Positions 23,524 through 37,150 are shown, counted from the first letter of the whole stretch. The stretch: 58,492 nucleotides of DNA, filler included, from Sphacelaria rigidula (GCA_964200075.2; 10 parts of 10 records of this genome joined end to end with filler, not necessarily neighbours in it); one strand, 5' to 3'. Notes: generated by a model from the letters alone, not told the origin. Program-made: numbers and translations.

Positions 23524-26454
23524 GGGGCAAGGACCTTTAGATCGCTTGGTTGTCACACGAGCTGTTTCTTGGGTAAACAGGACAGGTTGAGGATACGACG
23601 ACCAACGGGTCGGAGGAGGGATGGGCGAGACATCAATTTACGCTTTTCGTGGTGTAGTTGGAGGGTCTCGCTAGACAACCTCAAAGGCGCGTGTTTTCTC
23701 ATTAACGGTTAATGGATGTTCACGGAGCTGGTGGGCAGCAGCGCAATTCGGGGCGCTTGCGAGTCCATTTCGCATAAAATCTCCTTCATATTGTGGATCG
23801 CCATTCGTACTAAACCCCAGCTTGAACTTTGGAAGCACACCCGCGAATGGGCGGTGGGGTAAAATATCTTCGACATCCAGGACTACTGAGGAGCTACTGA
23901 GGAGGGCGCCTTTCCAGCGTAGTTGTAAATGAAGCAAGGGTGTCGGGGTAAAGCTCGAGTACGAGACAAACCGTGGTACACGCAAGGCCCGCGTCGGGTG
24001 CCTGTGTGAGATCTACGCCGTGCGTGATGACAGGTGTTGAAAACAAAAGACTCGTTCGAAGCTAGGAATTGTGATAGTCAAGTTTCAATTGACTGCCTTA
24101 GAGTTAGCAATGTCTCGGTCTTCGGATAAATACGTCAAATTTTATACGAATCCAAGGGGTTAGGGTTGGGTGGGTTACAAAGTACAGTGGTTGGGGTGTA
24201 GACACTCTGAGCACTCCGGCGTACTGAGTACTTGTGGTTGTCGATCCCCTGGGTGCCCTTGAAGGCTGGGTATTTTCGGCAGTCGATACTCTGCGTACCC
24301 TTGAGTACTGGGTATTTTGAGTGCCTGAATATGCGGGGTACCTCAGGGAGCGGACCCTACCTTATGCACCTTTGATGGGTTCCAGGTATGACACAACTCA
24401 CGGACGAGAATGGATACCCTGTTTATTCCCAAATAGTAACAATGTATCATATGTGCTTAGGGTAGATTAGGGCAGGGGGGAAAGAGTAGGGGCAATTCCC
24501 TGAGCCCTTTGACATTTTATTTTTGTATTTTTGATCGTCGGTTCCCGGATTACCCTGGAATACTGAGTATTTTCTACGGTGAATACCCTGATTACCGTGG
24601 GGAACTGATTATTTAACGCCAGTCGGTGTCCTGCGTACCCTGAATCATGGAGTACCATGTATGACGATACTCTGCTTATCCTGGAGCACGGAGTACTCTT
24701 GATTGATTGATTGATTGAGTGATTGACTAATTGATTAATTGGTTGACTGATTGTCGTACATTAACTAATCCCCGAGAGGTCCAGTCGCGGTCATTATTCA
24801 CAACGAACGTTCCCAAGGGAAACAAAATGGAAATACTCGCAAGAGAAAACTCGGGAATGGGGAAGGACAACGAAAAAGACTGAATCACGTTGAAAATCTG
24901 GGGTTCCCCAGGGCAAGTACCTCACCCTAAACACCTGCGCAAGAAGCTTTTCCCTGTCCTTGGTACTCCACGGTGCGTACCCTGCTCTAAGAATCTTTGC
25001 AGGAAAGGTTCATTACAACGTCATCTCCTTCACACTCGTGCAAAACCCAACGAGGTGGGGGAGCAACGGACAGACGTCCGTCGACGTCTTTCGTGTTACT
25101 CGCGCCACTTGGGAAACCCGGAGGTGGGATAGTGTACATCCAGCATGAACACCATATTCGTGAGATTCAGGGCATAATATCGGATTCAGAGTGGATGTTC
25201 TAGCGTTCCTTACAGGCAACTTTTTTTTTGTTGCTTGAGCATACGTCCTGTGCATGCAGCTACCGTACAGTACCCCATTCGAGGAATTCGGCGGTCTGGT
25301 TGGTGAGATACCGCACAAAGCATTTTTATGCCTGGGGGGCATTTCGGAACTGAAACTGTTTCAAGCACTAATCGGGTTTTCCTGAAAGAGGGGATTTTTC
25401 GTTGCAATGGACTGACTACGTCGTTGCGATCAAGCAAGTGATATGTCCAATTGATTGTGTAGGTGACAGCTTCCATTGAAGCCACCGCTCCACCAGCTGG
25501 GCGCATTACTCCTCGAACTGTGGCGATGTCAAAATCGACAGGAAAGTCAATTGTTTCGGGTCTCACTCCGAACCCGATGTTACACTCTGAATCTCACGAA
25601 TATAGTGTTAATGTTATTTATGGCTCAGCGAAGATACCCTTTCCGGGCTCTCTCCCAGCAGTGTGAGCCGTTCCTGGGTTCCCCGAACTGCGTGTTCTGC
25701 AAAACGGGCCATAACATCGCAAACCGTGGTCAAGATGGCGAACGACAACGCCGATAACACACGGGAGAATTACCGATATACCGAATACTGTCACGCTCCG
25801 TCAGATCAGATTTTTGCTGGGATACTTTGTCCTTGGTTTCCACCGATTCCGTATTATCTTCCCCGCTGGTCTCACCCATTCTTTTCATTTTTCTCTCTTG
25901 TTTTTCGTTTTCGAAGTTCCAGTGTTATACAGAGACAGGATTTGTGCTTTGCTTTCATATGGCTCGTGGGTGAGAGCTCATACCCAAAGTGTGGTTCCGA
26001 AATAGCTGAGCTGCAATCAGCTTCCACGGCCTTTTGTTTCGTGTTGCGTGTATGGCTGAATGTGTTATGTTCACGACCTTTTTCACCTCAAGCCATGATG
26101 CAGGGGGGGAGGACAACCCTTTCGTAGCGAGCCAGATTGAGTGTCTAGCATTTGATTGAGTGTGGGATTTTAATAGGAAGACGTTGTTTGATGTGCTCCA
26201 TTCACGTATGGAACACCAACATGTCTGAACGCCAAGAGTAAATAAAATGGTGCCGATTCCACAGATCACCTACCCTAGCGGCCGAAGTGTTGATACGAGT
26301 GACGTCGCGGAACACTCGTAAATTTGGAGTCGTTAGCTATGCGAGTACTGACACGGAACGATGTGTTTTGTTCAATGGGCCGTAAAGGAAGGGAAAGGAC
26401 GATGTCATCCATCAGAACGTCCCAAAAATGTGTTCTGTAGGATACGATTGTTTG

Positions 26455-27480
26455 AATACCCGGGGTATCTCCTCTGGTATTGCCTGTATCCGACAGTTCT
26501 AGGAGGTCTGTAAGCCTTCGATACCCATATCTGACAGTCCTGTAAGTTGTGTAAACCTCCCATACCCTTACCCGATAGTTCTACAAGTTCTGTGCGGATG
26601 TTTACCCTTACCCGGGTTAGGGTATACCTTTACAGAAATACCCGGGTGATGGTACGGGCTTCTGTGCAACATCCATACCCTACCCGACAAATCTGTATGT
26701 ATGTTCTCTAAGCCTTCCACACGCTTATCCGATATACCCTGGGTGCACGGGCGTATACCCTGGGTGTACTCATGATCTTGCACGCCATAGTCATGAGGCT
26801 AATGACCACGCACCCCTACAAAGCCGGGATGGAGCATGCTGGGTTTTCGCCGGACCAGCCTCGCTACGCTCTGGGAGATGCATGGATACACGTCCAAGCG
26901 CGGTGCAATCTGGCAGTCTGATGTCGTGATCACACACACACACACATCCCCATCACACATGCCCACGCCGTCCACTTGATCTATTTGTGTTTTTCATGTT
27001 GCATATATTTTGGCGGGGAAGCATGCGCGGTTGACACACATTATCAACGCGCTCCGTGATAAGTGCATAGTATAATACTTTCATGGTAACCGTAGTGTAG
27101 CGCTTCTTCATCAATATGCCGTATACCACTTGCGGTACACAGTAGCCATTCGCTTGTGTTTCGCCTCTGGAAGGCGGGAAATCTACCGGAATACCCAGGG
27201 TATTTTCTCGGTTATTACCCGTACCCGATAGCTTTGTGAGCTTTGTGAGCTTTCCATACCCGTACCCGGAGCACGGATATACGCTGATAAAACACACCCG
27301 GGTGAGGGTGTGGTTTCCTGTACAGCATCCGTACCGTCCCCGAAAGTTCTGCAAATTATGTGAGCCTCCCACACCCGTATCCGACAGTTCTGTAAGTTCT
27401 CTAAGCGTCTCATACCCTCAGCCGACAGTTCTGTAAGCTCAGTGAGCCTCCAATACCCGTACCTGGGGCACGGGTATTAA
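26455..27480. repeat. Cluster of TACCC(GTACCC)/GACAGTTCTGTAAG subterminal-type repeats (MITE family relics)
   Basis: Recurrent ccgacagttctgtaag and atacccgtacc motifs at 26490-26770 and 27185-27478. Confidence 0.6.
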
Positions 27481-27604
27481 ACCTTAGCACCTTTGATGGA
27501 TCGATCGGGCAGCTAACCAATCGCTCTGACGCACGAAATTGCAGCGAAAGGGCCGAAACAATGGTGTTACCATCTTCGAGACAATTACCAAGAACTAAAT
27601 ATTG

Positions 27605-27809
27605 CAAGGGCAGGTCGAGCAGAGTATACTCAATTGCGGGGTATTTTGAAAGACGTACTTGGGGTACTCAAGTTAGGGTAGAGTGTTGAGAGTAGTACCC
27701 AAAAAATAGCTGGTAAGCGATTCCTGAAATTCTACCCCCAATTCGTGTACTTTAAGTACGACTTTAAAAATACCCCGCAATTGAGGATACTCTACTCGAC
27801 CTACCCTTG
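27605..27809. mobile_element. 205-bp hAT-like MITE
   Basis: ~55-bp TIRs starting CAAGGG(C/T)AGGTCGAG; perfect 8-bp TSD AAATATTG at 27597-27604 and 27810-27817. Confidence 0.92.
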
Positions 27810-28799
27810 AAATATTGCACACGCCAGGCAGCTGATGGAATGACTAGTCGAAGAGGACACTCAGATCCGTTGTCAATTTAGGACACAATACGTGACAACG
27901 AGGTCCGAGAAATCATAGCGCTACCTTTGCGCTCCTCCGCATGCTCGGCGTCCGGCGCTACAGGGAGCGAAAATGGAAAGATTGCCAGATTAAGCAAGCT
28001 TATGATGCGGATCAGTACACCAATAAGAAGTAACGTTTGGGTAGCTCACGAGTTGTCCGACGTGTCAAACACTGCGAAGACAAGCGCGAGAAAACAAGTC
28101 ACACAAGTACGCTCCGTTTCGGTTCCGTCTAGTCATGTTATCACTATTACACATATTGCCAGTTCAGCAGTCAAGAAAATGCTCTTCGTGTCCGATCGTC
28201 GTCATAAAATTTGTTGTACGAGTTGTTGCTGACAGGTTGGCGCGATCAGTGGTGATACTTGTTTCGATTCCCAAAAAATATATGAAAATATCCTCTGACA
28301 GTTTCAGTGTCGTCGTAAAGGCTCGCGCTGGTGGCGGCTAAGCCAATAAGCGAACAGGCACATTACGTGAGTGTACCGGGATTACGCTGCCCTGATGGTC
28401 ACAATACCAAATGCTTTTCGGGATCGATGCAGATCAACCTTGCTCTGCCTCACATTAGTAAAACACTAGCAAACACTCTTGTCTTGATATTCGTTCATTC
28501 ACACAGTAGGTAGATTAAATATTTTGTTGATCAACAGCGTTCCAGCCATCTTTTATTCCACATCGCTCGTTCACTGGTCTTATTTGAGTATGGCTGGATT
28601 GAGCCTTTGTGTATCTGAACAAGGATTGATTTGGGATTGATTCGGGTACAACTCAGCGCAGATTGATTGTGCAATTGATTTCGGAGGGCGGCGAGATAAT
28701 TGACCAACTAGAGAGTCGAGACCTTACAATGACTAGATATACCGCATATCAGGCAACGGATACAGTGCTTCACGCTTCATTCTCACTTCATAGCTCTAC

Positions 28800-29197
28800 A
28801 TGTTCATGTGAACAGGTATACTGAGTGAACATGCACACGTGCGGATAGAATGATGCGGACGTGCGGGTACTGGTAGTCGAGTGTGTGTGACTACAGTATC
28901 CCGCTCATGGCAGCTACCGAGCTGCCATGAGCCCCACTCTCAACATCTGATCCCTCAGCCATAGGGCCGACTCAGTCTAGGCACTCTCCAATAATACAAA
29001 AGATAAAACTATCTATCCTTCGCCACGGGCCACGGAATACACTAGTGCTACAACCGGTTGGGCAGAATGACACAAGAGGGTGATAGGCCTGCTACAGTTA
29101 TCGGTGAGCAGGGTGTTACAGAGGAGTTGCGAGAGGTACGTAGTCAGATGAGTTCCTTGGCTCAGCTCATCCGTGATATGCAGCTAAGACAAGCTAC
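28800..29197 (+). mobile_element. Possible LTR 3' part plus start of a gag-like ORF (MTQEGDRPATV...coiled coil), cut by contig end
   Basis: ...tgctaCA followed by accggttgggcag and an ATG at 29067 opening a helical ORF to the contig end; perfect hairpin at 28903-28932. Confidence 0.35.
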
Positions 29198-29408
29198 NNN
29201 NNNNNNNNNNNNNNNNNNNNNNNNNNNNNNNNNNNNNNNNNTTAATTAATTAANNNNNNNNNNNNNNNNNNNNNNNNNNNNNNNNNNNNNNNNNNNNATG
29301 AGTACCCCCCCCCTCCCCCCCGCCCCCCAATTACAACAAATTACAACACATCACAACACATTACGCGAGCGAATAATCTTCATTTTTTTCTACTCTTTCA
29401 TGAACCAG

Positions 29409-29481
29409 GTGATCGCCAACATGACGGTCGGCAAGGATGTGGCGATGCTGTTCACCGATGTGGTCAACTGTATTCAGACAG
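29409..29481 (+). CDS. AP1B1/AP2B1: AP-1/AP-2 complex beta-adaptin, exon
   Basis: ccag|VIANMTVGKDVAMLFTDVVNCIQT G|gt; conserved MTVGKDV motif. Confidence 0.93.
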
Positions 29482-31143
29482 GTGGATGGCCCGACGCGAG
29501 CACTGTACAATTGTCATCTGAACTGTCTTTTTCACGCTGATGAGAAATATGTTGAGCGCTTTTCTCACCTCAAGACCGTTCCTTGCCGTTTGTATATTAT
29601 GGGGATCGCAGCTTCTACATTTTTTCCACGGATGGGTCGCGGGTATTGTAGCACTGTCGAGGCGTGGCTCGCATCGTACAGTCAGTAATACAGCAGTCGT
29701 TGTATTGGCACTAGGAACACATAAAGTCAACTTGCTCGGGTATTACCGTGTGCGGATACATATCGTGCAATGAGCGCTTCCCCCTTCCGTAGTGATATGC
29801 ATCCTTTCCCATCCGGCTGCCAAACTCGCGAGGGCTGTTCTGTAGCGCCACGAATTCGTGTTGATGTGGAGACCTCTCTTCCAAGGACGTCTTGTCCTCT
29901 GGTCTCACCATATTTTAGGCCGTAGAGTATGACCGTCTCCAGTTGACGCCGCGGATGATAAGCTACAATTTCAGTACAATGCCTTCGTAATATCGAAAAT
30001 AAACAGCACTGTGAGAACCGATCTTATGAGCGTACTGTGCGTCTTTTTGTTTGACCGACACTGGATTCGCTGCGAATGGGGTGCGATGATAACAACACTG
30101 ATCATCAGCCGAGTTTGTCCCAGTTTGGCCGCATTCTATCCATGGTGCATATGAAACTACTCGATTTGTTCATGATTTGGATCTTTGATGAGGCTGACCG
30201 TCAGTCCCGCGTGCCTTTCTAGCACGCGCACAATCAGAGTCCACACGAGTTGACTCACCATGAAGAGACTACCTGTATAAATTGTTGGTCCCGCTGAGTC
30301 GAGGGTGGATAACACATACGCAGTGCGGGCATCTTGCGCGCATTACAGATTGGAGAAAAGCACGCGTAAGTCAGGGCCCATGAAATGACACGATTCAACC
30401 TCGTGAAATTGTTGGTCCCGCATCAAGCCGAAGGTGGGGAAAATATACGGGCGCTTACCTCGAACGACTCGGTCAATCAAGCTGTACATGTTGTTCCCCC
30501 CTCATGATGGTAACAAGTGCGTGGCATGCACAATCGATCAAAACAACTTGCAGTATAGGGGATGAATATGTGCCCATGATATACCCCGAATTCACGGAAA
30601 GGTAGGAAACAGGTACCTTTGACTTGTAATGGACGACTCACGAGCTGAAAAGCTGTAAAAATTACGAATGATGTACGAATAGTATATGATTAATTCGTTG
30701 GAATGACGAAAGTGAGTTCGATCACGATTTGATTCGTCCTAACCGTGGTTTCTTTTAGTCCAAACAGATCTGCCAACGCGCACAAGGCGTAGACCACCCT
30801 TTGCACCCCCCCCCCCCCCCCTTCTCGGTACATGAACATGTATTGAAGTGTATACAGGAGTTGGCGACTGAACGAGGCAATTTTCTTCTATTTCTCGTAG
30901 TTGGAGGTGTTCGAAAGTTCGTCTGCGTGCCACCGCTCATCCCAGTGAAGGTTTGATCGCACCGCTTGGGGGATCGAGAGATACTAGGCATCCACTCCAC
31001 ATTCCAAAAAGATGAGAAAATCTGTTCAGTTGAAAGTGTTGAACGGTTTACGGGCTGACCGGTGGTCGGGGGGTCCTGCGACAAAACATACCCAGGTTAT
31101 GACTCTTCAGTATTTTGGCTGGATTGAAAAAAACAATCCCGAT

Positions 31144-31996
31144 CGTTTTCGTGAACGAAAGTCTTCTTTTTTTTCTTCTTTAACCCTTTGGAACTCATTG
31201 AAGATTTCTGTTTTTGTGAATCGGCATCATTTTCAGTCATTTTAAAATCAAAATGATGCCGATTCACGACAAGAATTGTCAGTGGGGCCAAAAGGGTTAA
31301 TTTTCATCCGTTTATGGCGCTAGAGCCGGAAAACTATTTTTTTGGGACCAGTGACAGTCGATAACAACACCCCTCGATGAACGAGGCCCTTACACCTTAT
31401 TGCCCCGAAAACACCAACTCGAGGATTATGTCCGAAGTACGACCCGAGTATTTTCCCAGTATCTGTCGAGGCTAGGGCTTCCGAGTGGTGAGGTTAAACA
31501 CTATGCAGGAAAATTAGAAGGAAAAAAAAATCAAACTGCGAAAATTGACGGGGGGCATTTTTGGACGTTTTTGGTCCAAAACACATCATTTCTTTTCGCG
31601 TTTTGCGCGATGAATATATAGAAATCAGAAAACGGGTCTGTAAAATTATTCACGAGAACGATTAGGATTGGTTCAACCCCCCCTCCCCCTCTGTGCTATC
31701 CAGAGCTCAGTTGGGCAATTCTCGTATCGAGCTTTTTCTCTAACTTTTCGAGCGTTGGATTCTCCATGAGCATCGAAAGCTTTAGCGTAGACAGATACTA
31801 GGAAAGGAAGCGAGTGTTGCTCCGGACACGATACTCGAGTTGGTGTCTTCGGGGTAATACGGTGTAAGAACCGCGTCTATTAGGGGTGTTGCCGACCGTC
31901 ATTGGTAAAAATGAACATTTTTTGGCTCTAGCGCAATGGATGAGTGAGAAAATAATTTTTTGAAAATGAGAAACTTCACGTTTGTTCACGAAAACG
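31144..31996. mobile_element. Foldback/long-TIR element in the beta-adaptin intron
   Basis: cgttttcgtgaac..., gcgctagagcc and cttacacc.tatt.ccccgaa.acaccaactcgag mirrored at 31810-31996. Confidence 0.8.
31184..31296. mobile_element. 113-bp piggyBac-like MITE nested in the left TIR of the foldback
   Basis: TTAA|CCCTTTGG...CCAAAAGGG|TTAA; internal palindrome gtgaatcggcatcatttt / aaaatgatgccgattcac. Confidence 0.85.
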
Positions 31997-32132
31997 AATG
32001 ATATCACTTCGGTCGAGCTGGCTATAAATTCTATCCATGATTTCCTTCTCCTTCTGGGTTTGTTTATTGTTATCATGTTTGCATATTTTGCTTCCCCCCC
32101 CTTCCCCGCTTCCCATGACGCTATAAAATCAG

Positions 32133-32350
32133 AAAACATCGAGCTCAAGAAGCTGGTGTACCTGTACCTCATCAATTACGCGAAGACTCAGCCGGATCTT
32201 ACTCTGCTTGCGGTCAACACGTTCGTCAAGGATGCGAACGATCCCAATCCTCTTATCCGAGCTCTGGCGGTGCGAACCATGGGCTGCATCCGCGTCGAGA
32301 AGATCACGGAGTATCTGTGCGAGCCCCTCAGGAAGGCCTTGAGGGATGAG
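32133..32350 (+). CDS. AP1B1/AP2B1: Beta-adaptin, exon
   Basis: [76 protein letters not shown] borders, phase-compatible. Confidence 0.97.
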
Positions 32351-32979
32351 GTATATATGCTACACTCATCAACGAGTTTTGTGCTTGGCTGTGCATGCTT
32401 TGATCCGTGCTTGGGTTTGTCACTGGATAGATGGGTAACATGAAGATGACGGAAAATGGTCGCCCCATGCAGCGGTACTCGGAGTTTTGCTTGGCAGGCG
32501 AGACGACGCCCCAGGCATGACTCAAGTTGTTGTGGAATGCTCCTTCTCCATCACCGACCAAACTATGTTAGACGTTTCATCTCCCTCCCCCCCAACCCCT
32601 CCGAAAAAAAATAAGAGAATAGAAGAGAATATACAAGAAGAATTAAAAAAGGTTCCTTCTCCACCCCCTCACAATCTTTTGACTTGTGTTCCTGTTTTTG
32701 CGAACGAAATCTAATTCGTCCTTGTTACCAGTACATGATGGATAATGATGGGTCAATTTCGTCATGCTCGCGGCACTCGGTGGCGTTGTCGGCCTCTCTC
32801 TCTATTTTATTTTTTCCACTCCTATATTCTGTTGCTTCTCCCTGTCCCCTCTCCCTGCGCGCGCGTCCCTGTCTATTAATCGTACTAGAGTTTTCTTGTG
32901 TGTGTGTGTGTGTGTGTTTTTTTTTTCGTATGTAAAATGTTGTCGTGGTCGTCGTCGTTGTTTTCCGGTGCTCCGCCAG

Positions 32980-33105
32980 GATCCTTACGTACGCAAAACT
33001 GCAGCGGTATGCGTGGCCAAGCTGTACGACATCAACGCTGAGCTGGTAGAAGACCAAGGCTTCTTACAAGTGCTGAGGGATCTCATCTGCGATCCCAATC
33101 CCACG
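32980..33105 (+). CDS. AP1B1/AP2B1: Beta-adaptin, exon
   Basis: gccag|[42 protein letters not shown]|gtaag. Confidence 0.97.
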
Positions 33106-33258
33106 GTAAGAAAAACACGGGGAAGCACGCATGGTGAGCTAGAATGGCCTAACAGAGAAGAGAATAGGATGCAGTGCATGCTACTTACTGCAGTGCACTG
33201 TTGTGGCGTCAAGATCGATCGATTCGTTGGTTGGTGTCATGAAGCGATGTTTTGTACA

Positions 33259-33548
33259 ACGTTTCACACCCTGGATAATGACAATATGTGGTCAATGGAT
33301 ACAATATACAGAACTTGTACTGAATTAAGTATGGGCCTATCGCAACCATTGCACACCTTGGACAATATATGGTCAATAGTTGCAGTAGACAAGAAACGTA
33401 CTGCATAAAGTATAGGTCTATTGCAACTGTTGACCATATATTGTCTGAGGTGTGCGATAGTTGCAATATGCCTATACTTTATCCAGTACAGTTGTTGTCT
33501 GTTGTGTCTATTGCCTATCTATTGTCATTGTCCAGGGTGTGGAACGTA
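33259..33548. mobile_element. MITE with TIRs; related motifs at 13500, 14235 and 34343
   Basis: acgtttcacaccctggataatgacaata / tattgtcattgtccagggtgtggaacgt. Confidence 0.7.
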
Positions 33549-34144
33549 CGTTGATGTGCTGCTGTACGTACTGTCCACGCTGCAGGCTGCGCTGTGTTGT
33601 GGTATGATCGTGTATTTTGTGATTTTGTTTAGTACTAATACTTTGGTGACTTGAGTGTGTTTCCTTCCCTCCTGGTTGAGGTTGTAGGAGGCAGGAGACC
33701 GCACTGACCTAACCTGCCCTGATCTGGCCCGCGAGGTGTCGATGAATAGTCATGTCTTTTTATTGACAGCTTTTGCGCAGCACTGTCCAGTCCAAACGCT
33801 CACAGTGCAATGCGATACGTACAAGCTGCACTCGTTGTCAGAGATCGGGTTGGATTGTATAGTATGTGTGCATATGTGTGTGTTGGTGTGTGTTGCAAAC
33901 CCGCGTTTATGCACGACAGGGACCGGCACAATGGAGTATGGGTGCCATCGGCAAGATCTATTTTCGTTCGTGCTCTTCAGCCATTAAATCAACATGATAA
34001 GTATTTGTACCGCTTGGTCATGTTTTCACCCCATGAACGAGCCCATATCGGAAGTGTGAGGGTCTTGCACAGTAATACACACGCATGAACCCCCTTATTG
34101 TGGCACTACCATACTACTTATTTGATTTTTTTTTGGTTTTCACA

Positions 34145-34310
34145 TCTAGCTCGCCCATCTCCTCCAGAGGAGTCCGTGGTCTCCGGGGATCACAGCACAT
34201 CTCTCCCCCGGTACACGCGCCTTTCATTCCGGGATTCAATCTCGCAATGGGTGGATGAGTACTTCTGCATCGCCGCGTCTACTGTTGTTTAACAAAGTCA
34301 GTGAGCCACA
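34145..34310 (-). mobile_element. SINE family B 3' fragment
   Basis: Reverse-complement similarity to 36535-36680. Confidence 0.55.
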
Positions 34311-34950
34311 GAACCTCTTCTTCGCTGCAATACTCAATATTCCACACCCTGGAGAATGGCGATATGTGGTCAACAGATGGAGATATGGGCCTATTGCATC
34401 TAGTGGCCACATAGTCATTATTCATGGTGTTCAATATTCAAGCCCTTGCGCTTTCGACGACAGAAATCAGATTGCTGCTGCTTTTGTTGTTATTGTCATG
34501 ATTCATTGTTGTTGTTGCTGTTTTCTTGATATTAGAAACCGTCCCGACATCTGCGCAGTACTCTCTACTGGGCATGTGATGATGCGGACAGACGCCTTCC
34601 GTGGTCACAGGCTAACTCCCCAAAATAGGGTAGTGTTTATGAGAAATGAATAAATAAACAAATCGGACACCCAGGAAAGTTGAGACAAACGTGATGCAAA
34701 AACCAAACAAATAAAAGCCTGCTGACTTCATAAGATCCGGTGGTCTAGGCGACCATTCGGGCTGCTCGAGGCAGGGCGCCATGGTTCACTCAACACGCGA
34801 GGCCAAACAGGGATGGAGCCAAACTTAGGGACCAACATCACCAACCATAGCGATGAGAATCGCCATGTTCTATCCTTGTACCTCTAGAGGGATAGCCATA
34901 TGTACGAATATACTAGTATACTAGGCATGATGAGACAAGTACCATGTAAC

Positions 34951-34988
<38 letters not shown>

Positions 34989-36399
34989 CGAACCCCAAGA
35001 CGCGCCAAGCGCGGGGGAGGGAGAGAAGAAGGAGGGGGGAAGGGGGGGGGGGAGGCNNNNNNNNNNNNNNNNNNNNNNNNNNNNNNNNNNNNNNNNNNNN
35101 TTAATTAATTAANNNNNNNNNNNNNNNNNNNNNNNNNNNNNNNNNNNNNNNNNNNNCAACTCGTCTGTGTCGTTGAGATATCGCTTTTAGAGCTTAAATC
35201 CGTTTTTGGGCTGGCCCAGCCTGTAGTAAGCCAGGAACGAGACCCGAGAGGTGCGGAATGACCAATTTAATCAATCGCGGTCGTCAAAATGAGCACGTAG
35301 TTCCTCTACAGTTGATTGTGGCAATCCAACCATGTATCAGATGGGTACAAATAACTTGTTTTGTACTCTGCTCGAGGTCTGCCGCCTTTCTGACGTCGCA
35401 TGTGTTGCCAGCATAGCTTCACACTATGGTGTTGTCGTTGAACACTAAGCAGAAGCGTCAACAGCATGCAGTGAATTGTGTCCAGTCGAGAGCGATGGCG
35501 CACTTCTTCTGTCTCCTGCCGAGGTATCCAGCGGAGACATACAGCACACCTCCTGACTCTGCACCCAATTGTCTGCAGGGTCAAAACTAGTCAGGGGTTC
35601 TCCGGGACTATTTTTTTTACATATGTCAATTATCCTCGTGTTCATAGAAAAGGCGTTTTGTTTAGTAAAAAAAGAGCCGTCTTGAACCCCCACATGTGGC
35701 CTACAGTGTTGTTCCTTTTCCATAGCATGAAGTCATTTGCGTCGGAGATGTGTACGGTCCAGTAGCTTGAGTCATGTTCCGAAGTTTCAATTGTCTAGCC
35801 CTAAAACCACCTCATCGTGGGAAGAGGGGTGGGCACTATCAGCTTCAACAGGTGACTTCACGGGCGATGCCCCACGGTAGAAAACGTCGCATCACGCACG
35901 ACATCCGTCACAGCACATATCGCAAGTGATATGTGCTGGAAACATGTCTGTTGACACTAACACAGGGCGAAGTTGGTGCAGGGTTCTCCAGATGCGGGCC
36001 CCACCCCCTGCGCATCGGTCCTGAAACACACATGTATAGAGTATACTGCTTGCTGTCTGTGTTCGCTGCTGTATACCAACCGCAGCGATAACACCTTGGG
36101 CGGTACTACCTGCTCACTGCACAGCGGCAAGGTGCAGGGTGACATAACACCGCAGACCATCATATCATTAGCTTATCCCTGTCCTGCATTGATTACCCGC
36201 TGTCTTATGCCGTTCGCCACGAAATGAACGCAGACGCTTGTGCTGCGGCCAACTTGTACGTGAGATATCACCCCCCGCGACGCGCTATATCGCTACGCCA
36301 CATTTTGTACAGCTGCCCGTGTTGCAGCTCAGCGTGCGTTTGGCCTAGGTGGTGTACGCAGGAGTGAAATGTTGCCTCCGCCGCTTTATTGGCTGCCCA

Positions 36400-36695
36400 C
36401 ACCCCGGGGTGTAATGATCCGACTGTCGCCATTGGGGTGGAGAGACGGGGGTCGATCCCCGATGCGTTGGGTTTTCTCTTCGTAGTATCTGATTTCCACC
36501 GTGAAAAGCGTGAGAACGTAAGTAAACAAAGTACTTCACTGAGTTTGTTGAACGTGAGTTGACGCGGTGCGCGAGTGTTGACCCAATCCGCGAGACCAAA
36601 AATGCAAGGCGTGTACCGGGCAGAGGTGGGTTGATCCCTTGAGACCACTGACTCATCCCGAGGAAGGGGAGGGGGTGAAGGTGCGACAAAAAAAT
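36400..36695 (+). mobile_element. Putative tRNA-derived SINE (family B)
   Basis: A-box-like GGTGTAATGAT (36408) and B-box-like GGGTCGATCCC (36449); body shared with 34145-34310 and 39385-39450; A-rich end. Confidence 0.5.
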
Positions 36696-36890
36696 CTTGG
36701 GCGAAGCTGTATGATAACACAGTCGCTATGGCGCGAAATCCGCCTGGTGTCTACATGTGGCGTGCAGTTACCGACTGCAAGTCTCGTATGAGTATTACAC
36801 AAATTGCAAAAGGCAATAGATTCCATACTGTGCGCAGTGCACTTTTCAAAATTGTGTGCGCACTGGCCGTAGAAATCTTTGCAGGGCGCA

Positions 36891-37150
36891 GTGTGTGTGT
36901 TGTCGTCCCATCTATTCTGGACGCCCGTCTACACCTTTCGCTACATATGGGCGCACCAGCCGAGGTCACACAGGAGGAAGGTCAACACAGGATCTTTTCC
37001 TTCGTTGTTTTTGGTACCCCACCTTCCTCCTACGATGTTTGCCTTAATTGTTTATCGCGAGAGGGGTCCAGCAGTCCCTTTCCCTCGTCGACCGTTACGT
37101 CGAATGTTGTGTACCCACGATATGGTCGCCCTCCACTGTTGGGCATGGTG
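36891..37150 (-). mobile_element. SINE family A copy
   Basis: Reverse complement of 47760-48013, including the (CA)n tail. Confidence 0.85.
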
